This document shows, one piece after another, positions 28,869 to 39,096 of a stretch of DNA of 64,000 nucleotides. The notes under the pieces were generated by a model that did not search any database, was not told the origin of the DNA, and worked only from the letters and a program-made list of their open reading frames with translations. Each line of letters opens with the position of its first letter. Positions within the stretch are counted from its first letter, which is position 1. Both the position numbers and the translations under genes were made by a program. The DNA is taken from positions 25,162-89,161 of the IMG/VR virus record IMGVR_UViG_3300010430_000014. The stretch is one strand, 5' to 3'. Origin of the DNA: a virus.

Positions 28869-29701
28869 AACCATTTCTCCTTTAGTTTAAGTTGTTTATA
28901 AATTGTTCCTGATTTATATTCATTCACAGAAACAGTAGTGATATGTTTTGGTAAAAAATTATTATGCTTTTTTTGATTTTCAAGTCCTATAAGACGATCC
29001 GTTCCAAGCAATGCTGAAGCAAGGTATATTGGGCCAGAATCTACACCAACAAAAAACTTACATTTACCTGTTTCTTGTATCATTCTTAAAAGATTAGGTT
29101 CCGTATATCTCAATGAACATGATTTATTAATACAGTCAATATAATCTGCTTCAATAAAATCAGGATAATCACTTGCAAAATTAGGAGTCATATGAATTTC
29201 ATATGGTTTATATCCTGCACTAATTATCTCATGCCAAATTTCCTCTGCTACATCTACCGGACAAAACTTTTTATCCATTCCAGTATGACCAAACAAATGA
29301 ATTCCTACACGTTTAGAGTTATTTACCTTCCATCTATTTAACATCCGATAAGGTTTCCACGTAAATTCTTCCATACCTAATTCATAATAAGCACAAATAT
29401 AAGGTTTAGCTGCTTCTTCAGAAATAACTATAGGGATAGATGTATTCTTAGGATCAGGGTACATAACTTTATATACATAATCAAATTGATAACGTAAATG
29501 TGTAAAATCTTCAATCTCAATTATTTTTTTATTTATATATTTAAATTGTCTTTTAGGAGAAGTACCAAGAACTACTCTACAACGAGTTTGATCACGAAAT
29601 TCTTTAAAAACAGGTAAAAAATTAATAAGATCACCTAAACCATGTTCAAAAATAAATAAAACTTTACCTCTGGCATTTTTTACTTTATCAATTGGTTTCA
29701 T
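28865..29701 (-). CDS. Glycosyltransferase, GT9/heptosyltransferase-like
   Basis: HGLGDLI N-terminal motif, VGIHL, FVGVDSGPIYLASAL. Confidence 0.8.
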   Translation of the reverse strand: MKPIDKVKNARGKVLFIFEHGLGDLINFLPVFKEFRDQTRCRVVLGTSPKRQFKYINKKIIEIEDFTHLRYQFDYVYKVMYPDPKNTSIPIVISEEAAKPYICAYYELGMEEFTWKPYRMLNRWKVNNSKRVGIHLFGHTGMDKKFCPVDVAEEIWHEIISAGYKPYEIHMTPNFASDYPDFIEADYIDCINKSCSLRYTEPNLLRMIQETGKCKFFVGVDSGPIYLASALLGTDRLIGLENQKKHNNFLPKHITTVSVNEYKSGTIYKQLKLKEKWL

Positions 29702-29711
29702 TATTTCTCCA

Positions 29712-30566
29712 CTAAAACAACTTAGTTATAAATCCTTCAGCTTCTACTATATTATAAATATCATATGTATTAGAAATAACTATTTCATTATCTACTAATC
29801 CATCATAATTTAAGAATACTAATCGAGCAGACATAAGAGGAACATTCTCTCTCTCAGCAGATAAAGCTATCCAGTAACCATTGTTCTCTCGATCTTCTAT
29901 TACTCCTCTTGGATATCCTCCCAAATAAACAATGTTTTGTCCAAAATGAAATAGTCCTTTACCAGATTCACAAAAACATAATTCATCATTACGATTAAAA
30001 AACAATGAATTAGGTTGATTTATATTAGAGTATATCTTTCTATTATTTGATGACAATTCAATGATAGCACCATTTTCAAAATTTCCATCTCTCCATCCTT
30101 CACCAAAAAATGATGCATACCATCTACGATCCCAATTTATAAGAGAATTAAAATGTATATCTTGATCAAATTTATAATGATGAACATCTCTTATGATATT
30201 ATTTGTGGCAGGACTAAGTACTACTTGATTCATAGAATTAGTTCCTGTTGAACTTACATAAAATCGTCCTCTAAAAACAGAATTAATACTATGAATATCG
30301 GAAGATCTAATACAATTAGCTATTTTACACTGTTGATCAACTACATTTATTATTAATATTTTATCTTTCTTACTATTAGTTATCACAGAAACAACAAGAA
30401 AATCTCCTGAATAAGCAATTCCTTTTGTACCTACAATATCTTTAAAATCAGAAATTTCTACTGGCAACCAATTAATCTTTTCTGTTTCTGTGTTTAATAA
30501 TAAAAGTAAATGATCTTTATTTGTAACTGACTTAACATCATGAATACAACTCAAAATTAACCGCAT
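29712..30566 (-). CDS. Beta-propeller protein (DUF4915-like)
   Basis: DIHSI, VSSTGTN, HFNSL, QPNSL, CESGKG, GYPRGV, IYNI blade motifs. Confidence 0.55.
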   Translation of the reverse strand: MRLILSCIHDVKSVTNKDHLLLLLNTETEKINWLPVEISDFKDIVGTKGIAYSGDFLVVSVITNSKKDKILIINVVDQQCKIANCIRSSDIHSINSVFRGRFYVSSTGTNSMNQVVLSPATNNIIRDVHHYKFDQDIHFNSLINWDRRWYASFFGEGWRDGNFENGAIIELSSNNRKIYSNINQPNSLFFNRNDELCFCESGKGLFHFGQNIVYLGGYPRGVIEDRENNGYWIALSAERENVPLMSARLVFLNYDGLVDNEIVISNTYDIYNIVEAEGFITKLF

Positions 30567-30587
30567 AATATTATCTCTCTACATAAT

Positions 30588-31130
30588 TTAATTAATGTTC
30601 TTCTGAGACATAACTTCTTGCACTACCAATTTAACCATCTCAACAGTTTCTTCTTTCCTATCTCTTGCTAAAATTGTTTTCATTTGAGTCATAAGCTCTA
30701 TCAATTTTGCATTCATAGTCGTAATTTCTGTTCGGGTATTCTCTCTTTTTCGATCAGCTTGATTTACAATTATTTTCAACTCAGAACTGATAGTATCAAG
30801 TTTTCTACAAAAAGTATTTTGAAATTCTTTTTGATGCATCTGACACTCCTCTCTTAATCCATGACACATAGGAACAGTTGGAAATTTAAGTTGATTATTA
30901 TGATCAAACAAAGTAGATTTACCAATAGGTTCTCTATCCTCCATTTTTTTAATTTTATAAAAAACATCATCCATTCTTTTTTCAAGAAGTGGAATTTTAC
31001 TTTTTAATACTATAAGAATAGATCCTGCAAAAGTTAAAATAGCAACAATTATAGTCCAATAATCTTTTATAAAATGAACAACTGCATGACTATCATTTGC
31101 TACATGAGTTATCGCATTTGGATCAGTCAT
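30588..31130 (-). CDS. Single-TM coiled-coil membrane protein (holin-like candidate)
   Basis: One hydrophobic segment YWTIIVAILTFAGSILIVL followed by a coiled coil. Confidence 0.5.
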   Translation of the reverse strand: MTDPNAITHVANDSHAVVHFIKDYWTIIVAILTFAGSILIVLKSKIPLLEKRMDDVFYKIKKMEDREPIGKSTLFDHNNQLKFPTVPMCHGLREECQMHQKEFQNTFCRKLDTISSELKIIVNQADRKRENTRTEITTMNAKLIELMTQMKTILARDRKEETVEMVKLVVQEVMSQKNIN

Positions 31131-31149
31131 AAAAACATTAGCTCCTCTT

Positions 31150-32184
31150 TTAAGTTTTATTTAACTCAACCCCAAATTCACAGGCATTTATTTTTGCTTG
31201 AGTCCAGGGATTAGAATCATCTGGATCATCTTCCCAAATACTTTGTTTATAACCAAGAAAGTTTTCTCCACAAGGCCAATCCTGAGATCCATAATAATCT
31301 GATCCACCTGATCTAACCATATTTCTTAAATCTATATTACCAACAGATAACGTTCTTTGACCAACAGATTGTACTGACACTCCATAAATATTACTATCAT
31401 CTATATCCACATTTACATTCTCATAAGTATAAGTATCTTTTTCACCATCTGTATCCCCTTCTACATAATCTGCCGTTTCTATTGGATCTTCATCAACACA
31501 TTCGTAATTATCTCCTACTGATGGAGTTAATTGACTATAATTCCCATCTCCATTTGGAAAAATAGTATCTACTCTACAGTCTCCAAGAAAATCAGTTAAC
31601 CCAACAGCATCATTCATTATAACATACATATCATCTACTTTACATGCTGAATAAGCCTGATTGTAAACATATATTCCAACCATTGAATTAGCAGTAGAAT
31701 ATTTCGTATCTCCAGTATAGTCAACTATCTCATCTGTTCCATTTACTATTATCTGGTGTCTTCCACCAGAATCAGCCATTTTATAACGCCACTCAACATA
31801 ATACCATGTACCTTGTGTAATTGGATAATAAGTAGAAGGTTGATAAGAATTCCACTGTCTACTCCTAATTTCAGTTTTTGTCCAATAAACCCCCCATGCC
31901 TCTGTATATGATCCTGAAGCTATACACCTTATACCTCCTGGTTGTGTACCTCCATTTGAACAAATAGCAAGTCCAACAATAATTTCAGATCCAACAGAAA
32001 AACCAAAATCAGTAAAATAAATCCGTAAACCCATACTACTACTGGCACTATTTTTTTGAATCGCTTGTCCTCCAAATCGTCCGGCAACAATAGCTGAATC
32101 ACTTGCCCAAGAGCTTGAATGAAAAACTTTATTTACATCCCCTATAGCAAGACCTTCAAATCCCTGCATATAAATTAAACTCAT
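31150..32184 (-). CDS. Virion protein with ConA/LamG-like domain (paralog A)
   Basis: MQGFE start, WYYVEW, VNG, VDDMY, RVDTIFPNGDG, WTQAKINACEFG. Confidence 0.65.
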   Translation of the reverse strand: MSLIYMQGFEGLAIGDVNKVFHSSSWASDSAIVAGRFGGQAIQKNSASSSMGLRIYFTDFGFSVGSEIIVGLAICSNGGTQPGGIRCIASGSYTEAWGVYWTKTEIRSRQWNSYQPSTYYPITQGTWYYVEWRYKMADSGGRHQIIVNGTDEIVDYTGDTKYSTANSMVGIYVYNQAYSACKVDDMYVIMNDAVGLTDFLGDCRVDTIFPNGDGNYSQLTPSVGDNYECVDEDPIETADYVEGDTDGEKDTYTYENVNVDIDDSNIYGVSVQSVGQRTLSVGNIDLRNMVRSGGSDYYGSQDWPCGENFLGYKQSIWEDDPDDSNPWTQAKINACEFGVELNKT

Positions 32185-32194
32185 TTTTTTTCTC

Positions 32195-32473
32195 CTAAGT
32201 AATTATTATTGTTTGTACACCTGAAGATGGTACATATACCTTTGAAAGAACTTGAACCATTTGATGAACAAGCTGTCCTTTATTAGCAGTATAAACAGAA
32301 GTCGGTCTTGAAATAGAATGAACTACTTGATGGGCAACTTGTATAGCATTAAAATTATCTATATCTTCTCTTAATACTTCAATAGTTGATTGAGTTATTT
32401 TAACTCCTTCATTACCCGTTTCTTCACGAAGAACTTCAATAGTTGATTGAGTTATTTTTCCTTCATCAGCCAT
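32195..32473 (-). CDS. Small virion protein made of short strand-like repeats
   Basis: KITQSTIEVLRE x2 plus QVAHQVVHSI and QLVHQMVQVL. Confidence 0.65.
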   Translation of the reverse strand: MADEGKITQSTIEVLREETGNEGVKITQSTIEVLREDIDNFNAIQVAHQVVHSISRPTSVYTANKGQLVHQMVQVLSKVYVPSSGVQTIIIT

Positions 32474-32483
32474 TTTTTACTCC

Positions 32484-33491
32484 TTAAATTGTAGATATAA
32501 ATGCACCTGCTTCCATAGCATTAATGTCTGCTTCTTCCCAAGCAGCAGCATCGTCAGGATTATCATCCCATATAGTTTGAAAAATTCGATAAGTAGTTTC
32601 TAACTCCTTTTCAACTGAATCATCATAATCTGAACCATTTACTCTAACAGTATTTTTTATTTTAACAGTATTCACATCTGTTTTTTGAGCAATATTATTT
32701 ACTGCAATACCTTTAATTGCTGATCCAGATAATGCAGGTATGCTTTCAAAAGTAAATGTATCCCGTTCATCTGCTGCATCTCCAGTTACATAATCAGAAG
32801 TATTCCACATAAGAGAATCATCGACACATTCGTAATTATCCCCTGCTGATGGAGCCATTTGACTATAATTCCCATCCCCATCAGGCCAAAGAGTTTCTAT
32901 TCGACATGGGCCATGAAATTGTGCATCATCAATCCAAAAATCATCTATATACATAGCTCCACGCATATGTACTGCTGTGATTGTTTCATTGCCACTAAGC
33001 AATGTATCTTGACTTGTTAAATTAATAACGGTAACTCCATTTTTCTTTACATGAACTACTCCTACGGTATCACTAAGAACAACATTAAACTCCCAATAAT
33101 TCCAATCAGCTTGAGGAAAAATAGTATCCACACTATCCCATAATTGTGTTCCTCCAGTTCCACGATAAATAATGAGTGATCCATCAGCTTGTATATCAAA
33201 ATGAACTTGAACAGCAGTTGAATTTGAAATACTTATATCTGGCTGTTGAGATTCATGATCTGATCTTATTGCTAATCCCATATAAATCTCACTCAATGAC
33301 AACCAATACCAATGAACTAATCGATCAGCAGCTAAAAGATTTAATACTCTTGCGCCAGTTCTTAATGTATCATCCTGCAAACCCTGCACCCAATACCCAC
33401 TTGAAGTATCAAATTTATATCGATCTGTATCATCAGCATGAGCAGATCCAATACGATGATGATCAAAACCGTCCATTCTTATTAATGCCAT
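32484..33491 (-). CDS. Virion protein with ConA/LamG-like domain (paralog B)
   Basis: MDGFD start, WNYWEF, KNG, IDDFW, RIETLWPDGDG, WEEADINAMEAG. Confidence 0.65.
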   Translation of the reverse strand: MALIRMDGFDHHRIGSAHADDTDRYKFDTSSGYWVQGLQDDTLRTGARVLNLLAADRLVHWYWLSLSEIYMGLAIRSDHESQQPDISISNSTAVQVHFDIQADGSLIIYRGTGGTQLWDSVDTIFPQADWNYWEFNVVLSDTVGVVHVKKNGVTVINLTSQDTLLSGNETITAVHMRGAMYIDDFWIDDAQFHGPCRIETLWPDGDGNYSQMAPSAGDNYECVDDSLMWNTSDYVTGDAADERDTFTFESIPALSGSAIKGIAVNNIAQKTDVNTVKIKNTVRVNGSDYDDSVEKELETTYRIFQTIWDDNPDDAAAWEEADINAMEAGAFISTI

Positions 33492-33517
33492 TTTCTTATC
33501 TCCTAACTAATTATTAT

Positions 33518-34291
33518 TTAAGTTCTAATACCCTCAATAGTAATAGCTACATCCTCCAAAGTGGCATCTGCTGATACAGGGCCAGTAACTTTTACAATAT
33601 CTCCGGCAATTAAAGTTATATCATTAGTCCAAGTAAATGATCCTGTGGTTACAGAATCTAAAATAGTGGCTGTACCTTTAGATACTCCATTAACTAAAAT
33701 ATCAAAATCTGCCTGTGCCGTAGGAGCAGTTCCACATTTTATTATACTATAAGGAAGACGTTTTCTTAATTTTACCGTTTCACTTCCGGCAACGGCATGA
33801 AGGGCAACTACTTGTGCATCAATCAATGTTCCAGGGATACTAATACCTATAATATATATATTTTTAAATTTTGTCGGTTTACTTTTACCTTTAGTATCCC
33901 CCACATCCCCCGATCCAGTATCCCAAAGAACAGTAGCCACTGGAACTTGAGTAGAAAGATTCCAAATAGTTTGACTTGCTACTAAAACACCAGAAGAATT
34001 ATAAGAAATATACCAAAGAGCATCAACATCATCTATCTGAACAGTATCAGCTTCAGTTTTTTCAAACCGAGTTCCAAATGCCCAAAAAACAAATGAATCT
34101 CCTACAGGAGTAATTGAAAATATTCTGGTTCCATCATCAAAAGATAATGTACTATTAGCAGGATCAACAAACCCCGTACCTTCCGTTACTTCCGTATAGT
34201 AATTATTAATTTCATTTACTACAGTATTATTCTCAATCGTTTCATTAATTATAGTCGATGATGCACCTAACGGTTTTATATTTGTTTTCAT
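33518..34291 (-). CDS. Putative tail fibre-associated protein
   Basis: Beta-rich; C-terminal TAPTA..FDILVNG...AGD...DATL.D domain; tail gene context. Confidence 0.55.
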   Translation of the reverse strand: MKTNIKPLGASSTIINETIENNTVVNEINNYYTEVTEGTGFVDPANSTLSFDDGTRIFSITPVGDSFVFWAFGTRFEKTEADTVQIDDVDALWYISYNSSGVLVASQTIWNLSTQVPVATVLWDTGSGDVGDTKGKSKPTKFKNIYIIGISIPGTLIDAQVVALHAVAGSETVKLRKRLPYSIIKCGTAPTAQADFDILVNGVSKGTATILDSVTTGSFTWTNDITLIAGDIVKVTGPVSADATLEDVAITIEGIRT

Positions 34292-34299
34292 TTTTCCTC

Positions 34300-34722
34300 C
34301 TAAACTCTTTGTTCACAATAAACTGTTCCGGCAACATCAAACACAAAAATAATTTGTTCAACATTATAATCTAATAAAATAATACGTTCTGTATTAGGAT
34401 GGCATGGAATTCCAGGGTAATTGGTTAATAAACCTAAATAAGCTAATACATTTGCACTACCTGAATTAAAAACAGACATTTCACTTGAATATAAATTTAT
34501 CTGAATAGTTTGATTATCACCTGATCCTGAACTTACTACAGTATCTTGTTGATAAATAGGATTATATCGTGGAAAATCATTAAGCTTTGTAAAATTAACA
34601 TCAGTTAAAATACGAGTAGTTTCTACATGTTCTCCTGGGTTAATTTTAAATACTCTTTTTCGGCCCCTAACAATAATAGTTTCTACAATAGTTTCTAATG
34701 TTTGATTTTCATAAATTGGCAT
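34300..34722 (-). CDS. Hypothetical beta-rich virion-associated protein
   Basis: GGGAGAGG RBS; context. Confidence 0.55.
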   Translation of the reverse strand: MPIYENQTLETIVETIIVRGRKRVFKINPGEHVETTRILTDVNFTKLNDFPRYNPIYQQDTVVSSGSGDNQTIQINLYSSEMSVFNSGSANVLAYLGLLTNYPGIPCHPNTERIILLDYNVEQIIFVFDVAGTVYCEQRV

Positions 34723-34740
34723 AATCCCTCTCCCTATTAT

Positions 34741-35613
34741 TTAATTTATATAACTTAAAACCTCATTTACAATTCTTTCAGGTTTAATCATAGCAATACA
34801 CCTTCCATAAGGTTTACCATGCCAACGATTTTTACAATCTTCTGCATAGGAAATCCAACATCCTCTTTGCTGACAACAATCCAATAAACCAATAGTATCT
34901 AAATATCGATGACCAGGATAAGACTCCCATCTACAATCTTCTCTACCACCTGCAATTACAACACAAGGTTTATTAAAAGCAGCAGCAACATGCATATGCA
35001 TTGAGACATGCCCAATTGTACCTTCAGAATGAAATACCATTGAAAAAAAATCTCTTAAATTTGTTTGACCTATTATACTCTGAACATCATGATGAATAGG
35101 ATGAATATCATTTTGATTACCTGCCTGAACTAAATTAATACCTGCTTTTTTTAAATCCATAATAACTTTTTGCCATAAATCAGGAGGATATCCTTTTATG
35201 GGTATATCAATTTTTACTCCAGAATTAATTATCCAATAAGGTTTTTTAACCCTAAGACGATCAAGAATATTTTCTGACATTTCATCTTCGGTCAAATGAA
35301 TATCAGGACACATTGAAGTTTTTTGAATATTTAAACCATACATCTGATTAAGAAGATAAATAAAAGCATCTGAAAAATGAAAACCTAAAGGAGCAAGTTT
35401 ATCTCTTACTTTATTATATTCTAAATTTATTATAGGTACTCCTTTATTTTTAGAAAAATAAGTAATGTTAGGATTATTAAAAAATACTTCTGGATAACAA
35501 CTAAACACACCTGTACGCATAAGAGTAGGATAACTTTTATGTAAATCCCTAAGAGCAACAGAAAGCATCAAAAGATCTCCTGGTGCTTGCCATTGTTTAA
35601 ATATTATATCCAT
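34741..35613 (-). CDS. Glycosyltransferase family 9-like with C-terminal Cys cluster
   Basis: APGDLLM, KGYP..WQKV, QTNLR, SMHMHVAAAFNKPCVVIAGG, CC..GCW..C..C. Confidence 0.85.
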   Translation of the reverse strand: MDIIFKQWQAPGDLLMLSVALRDLHKSYPTLMRTGVFSCYPEVFFNNPNITYFSKNKGVPIINLEYNKVRDKLAPLGFHFSDAFIYLLNQMYGLNIQKTSMCPDIHLTEDEMSENILDRLRVKKPYWIINSGVKIDIPIKGYPPDLWQKVIMDLKKAGINLVQAGNQNDIHPIHHDVQSIIGQTNLRDFFSMVFHSEGTIGHVSMHMHVAAAFNKPCVVIAGGREDCRWESYPGHRYLDTIGLLDCCQQRGCWISYAEDCKNRWHGKPYGRCIAMIKPERIVNEVLSYIN

Positions 35614-36815
35614 TATATTAACCTTATGTAATAGTGAAACCCATTATAATTCCTACCTGACATTTGTGGAACACAAAATCGAGTAGAAGGATCATAGTTA
35701 CCATATGGAAGTCGATAAACATAATCATATACCGTTTCTCCGGCATCCCATGCAATCATAAGCATATAATCTTCATACTTAGAGTCAAAATGAAAAGGAG
35801 GGCCAGTAACACCATTAAGAGAAGCAAAAACAGTTAAAGAATTACCATCTTTCATATAATAACCCTTATCATTTACTGCAAACTGTATCCAACAATCACC
35901 ATCCCATTTTGCTCCTCCCCAAAGTCCTTGACTACTTATAGGTAATCTACCATCCCACCAAATTGATCCCCAAGTAGTTCCATCATCAAATGATTCCCAC
36001 GCACAATTAGGAGAATAAGATACATCATCAATTCCAACAATCCATTTATCTGAATCTGGAAAATACATTACATTTACTGGATAACCACCTATATCATAAG
36101 GACGCATCATATAAGTCCAAGTGGTTTTACTTGTCCAATTAATGCCATCGGTTGAGTGATATATTGTTGGAGTAGTTGAATAATTAACAATCATTAATTC
36201 ATTATTAACTAAATCAACTGCTATTCCACTTGAAGTACAATTGGGTAATCCTGTTCGTGTTGTCCAATTAATTCCATCTGAAGAAGTACAATATGTTCCT
36301 CCTGAATTGGCACATAGTAACCATTGCGTTCCATCCCATATAAGATAATCCCAATTTCCAGAAGAAGGTAATGTTACTGAATTCCAAGTAATTCCATCAG
36401 ATGAATATGCTGCCTGAGTACCACCATATGCTGCTGCTACAAATTGACTATTCGCATAAGCGCATACTCTCCAATCACCTGATGCCGGAAGATTAACTGA
36501 ATATTCTGTCCAATTATCTCCACCATCAGATGTTCGCCAATGGTATCTTGTTGTTCCTCCTAACATTACAGCAATATCACCATTTACTGCTACTGTTTTA
36601 ATTTGTGCTGCCGGAGTATTTGTAAACCATATTTTTTCACATGTTTGAAATCTTAAAGGATGTAAATCAAAATTACCATTAATATAATCAGAATAATTAC
36701 TTTTAAGATAATCAGATCCATCACACAATACCCATCCTGCTCCTGGTGATCCAACAGAAGGAATAATTTGACCAAGAGGAAATTCTGCTACATTAGAAGT
36801 AGGATAAAGTTTCAT
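35613..36815 (-). CDS. Tail-collar domain protein with inserted beta-propeller (receptor-binding candidate A)
   Basis: GQII..GWVLCDGS N-terminus, S.DG..W repeats, RFCVP..YYIR C-terminus. Confidence 0.7.
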   Translation of the reverse strand: MKLYPTSNVAEFPLGQIIPSVGSPGAGWVLCDGSDYLKSNYSDYINGNFDLHPLRFQTCEKIWFTNTPAAQIKTVAVNGDIAVMLGGTTRYHWRTSDGGDNWTEYSVNLPASGDWRVCAYANSQFVAAAYGGTQAAYSSDGITWNSVTLPSSGNWDYLIWDGTQWLLCANSGGTYCTSSDGINWTTRTGLPNCTSSGIAVDLVNNELMIVNYSTTPTIYHSTDGINWTSKTTWTYMMRPYDIGGYPVNVMYFPDSDKWIVGIDDVSYSPNCAWESFDDGTTWGSIWWDGRLPISSQGLWGGAKWDGDCWIQFAVNDKGYYMKDGNSLTVFASLNGVTGPPFHFDSKYEDYMLMIAWDAGETVYDYVYRLPYGNYDPSTRFCVPQMSGRNYNGFHYYIRLI

Positions 36816-37984
36816 TAGACAATCCTTATATAGTTATGTACATTATTAATTCCAAAAGAATTATGAGGTCTTCTTGGTAATTGAAAATAAGTTGATTCAT
36901 CAAATTTATATTCTTCACAAACAGTCATATACCTATACCATCCTTCAATTATAACTATCTTTCCTGAAGAACTGTTATAAAGCATATCTGTTTGTGCTGA
37001 CTGATTACCAATGTTTTGATACCAGGGATAAAATGTTTTTAAATCTGGAGATCTAACCCCCACATCATTTGTAGACATTCCAAACCATTGATCCTTAAAA
37101 TATTTCCACCGAGTAACACTTTCTTGATTATCTCTATCATGTGACCAATTAGGCCCACCATAATACCAGATTTGTTTCCAATTATATCCATCATCAGAAA
37201 TCCATGTATGCCCTGCATTTATATGAGAATTCATCATAAAATATCCATTAGCATAAGATATTTTTGGCATATCACTAAATCCCCAAGGAAGATAAGGCAA
37301 AGTAACTCGATCCCAATTTGTTCCTCCATTACTTGAAATTAAAAAATAACTATTAGATATTGCTACCGTCAAACCACTACCATCACTACAAATAGCTTCA
37401 GGTGCTTGAAAAAATGTTCCTGCTGCTCCCCATGTAATCCCATCTGTAGATCGGTAGCATTGTGTTGTATCATCAGCAGCAAGAATGAAATAAGTTCCAT
37501 CCCAACAAATTCCTTGCCAATCATAAATTCCTGGCAAAGTTCGTGCTGTCCATGATGATCCATTATTAGATGTTGCTGCTGAAGTAGTATTTACTCCAAC
37601 TGTACACCACACAGATCCATTATAAGCAATGCTAAAGTAATCTTTTGAAGTATCAGGCAATGTTCCACTTGTCCATGTCACACCATCATCAGAATAAGCA
37701 AAATCACCCTCCCATCCTACAGCAACCCATCGACTACCATCATCTGCCATTTCCTCTAAACCTGAAGAATCAAATGCTGCATCTAAAGGTCTTATAATTT
37801 CTTGCTGTTCCCATGCATTAGGATTATCTGTTTCTAAAACAGATAATAAGGTGGCATATGTAGTTCGATTTAATAACTGCCCTTCCATTCTAAGCCAGTT
37901 ATCATTAGGAGGTTTAGTCGCTTCAATTATAGATCCAATAGGATATATTTCTTGTGTTTGAATTGATGGATGCAAAAGAGTCAT
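36815..37984 (-). CDS. Tail-collar domain protein with inserted beta-propeller (receptor-binding candidate B)
   Basis: PIGSII..WLRMEGQ..YATL N-terminus, S.DG..W repeats, FQLP..YIR C-terminus. Confidence 0.7.
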   Translation of the reverse strand: MTLLHPSIQTQEIYPIGSIIEATKPPNDNWLRMEGQLLNRTTYATLLSVLETDNPNAWEQQEIIRPLDAAFDSSGLEEMADDGSRWVAVGWEGDFAYSDDGVTWTSGTLPDTSKDYFSIAYNGSVWCTVGVNTTSAATSNNGSSWTARTLPGIYDWQGICWDGTYFILAADDTTQCYRSTDGITWGAAGTFFQAPEAICSDGSGLTVAISNSYFLISSNGGTNWDRVTLPYLPWGFSDMPKISYANGYFMMNSHINAGHTWISDDGYNWKQIWYYGGPNWSHDRDNQESVTRWKYFKDQWFGMSTNDVGVRSPDLKTFYPWYQNIGNQSAQTDMLYNSSSGKIVIIEGWYRYMTVCEEYKFDESTYFQLPRRPHNSFGINNVHNYIRIV

Positions 37985-38436
37985 TAGGTTACTCCATAAT
38001 CTATTGAAATATTATCTCCTGAAGATATTGATTCAAGGGATACCTTAAATGATTTTGCCCCAAAGATATTAGCAAAAACAATTATGTCTCCCCAAAATCT
38101 TCCTGATACTGATTTAGCAAGATTGTTTATAGTAATCAATTCTGTATATCCAATCTCAGTATCCCCACTATCAAAAAATAAAAATCGAATTGATGCTACT
38201 GCTGCGTTATCATTATATGTATTTTTCAATATGATATAATAACGTCCACGCACTTCAATAGCAGAAACAGGATATAATCCAGGTGTTCCTTGCGTAGCAG
38301 TAATAGAAGCAAGAGTAATTTCCCCCATGCCAGGAAGATCTCTTTCAATTTGTCTGGAAGTTCCACCAATAGACACCTGTACCGTTGAAACATTTTTGCC
38401 CGAACCTTCAGTTACGGCAATTTGTGACTCAGACAT
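37984..38436 (-). CDS. Hypothetical virion protein
   Basis: IAVTEGSGKNV start; beta-rich; AAGGAG RBS. Confidence 0.55.
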   Translation of the reverse strand: MSESQIAVTEGSGKNVSTVQVSIGGTSRQIERDLPGMGEITLASITATQGTPGLYPVSAIEVRGRYYIILKNTYNDNAAVASIRFLFFDSGDTEIGYTELITINNLAKSVSGRFWGDIIVFANIFGAKSFKVSLESISSGDNISIDYGVT

Positions 38437-38446
38437 AATTTACTCC

Positions 38447-39079
38447 TTATACATCTTGACTATTAATAGTAATAACTAATTTTAATACCTCTGCTGCATT
38501 AAAAGGTCTGGAAGAACCAAAACGTGCTGCGGAAAACAATATACCAGATCCACTTGCTACATCACCTTTAGTTGAAACATTATTTAACATTCCACCATAA
38601 ATCGTATTTGATCCAGAGGTACAAGTAAATTCTGCCGGAGATGCAGAGTTATCAAGAGACTGTGAAGAAATAGCTCCTTCAACCCATTCCTCTCTTGTAG
38701 CTTCATCATAATTAGTAAATTCTGTACAGACAGGAACAGCATATGTCCATCCGGCAGCAGGGGTTGAATCAGAACCAAAGATAGCAATATACCAAGTAGC
38801 AGATTGTGAACCTGATTTAAAATAAACATCAAGTACATCATCCAAACTTTCATTGACTACCAAATTGTGAATTGCTTCTTTCCATCTTGGAACCCAAATA
38901 AGTTCACCAACATGATTTACACGATCTCTAATAACATTACCAAAAGTATCCACATAATTACCTACTTCAAAATTCCATATATTATAAAAACCAAAACTGC
39001 CCATTACCCCCATTTTCTTTAGCAGACCTATAACTGCTCTACGAACTAAGGGGTTATCTAAATTAATAGATTTTCGCAT
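38447..39079 (-). CDS. Beta-rich structural subunit (fibre subunit candidate)
   Basis: HNLVVNE.LD, WYIAI, TEFTNY..TR..W, NSASPAEF, GILFSAARF pattern; strong AGGAGGT RBS. Confidence 0.65.
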   Translation of the reverse strand: MRKSINLDNPLVRRAVIGLLKKMGVMGSFGFYNIWNFEVGNYVDTFGNVIRDRVNHVGELIWVPRWKEAIHNLVVNESLDDVLDVYFKSGSQSATWYIAIFGSDSTPAAGWTYAVPVCTEFTNYDEATREEWVEGAISSQSLDNSASPAEFTCTSGSNTIYGGMLNNVSTKGDVASGSGILFSAARFGSSRPFNAAEVLKLVITINSQDV

Positions 39080-39096
39080 GAGAAATACCTCCTATA

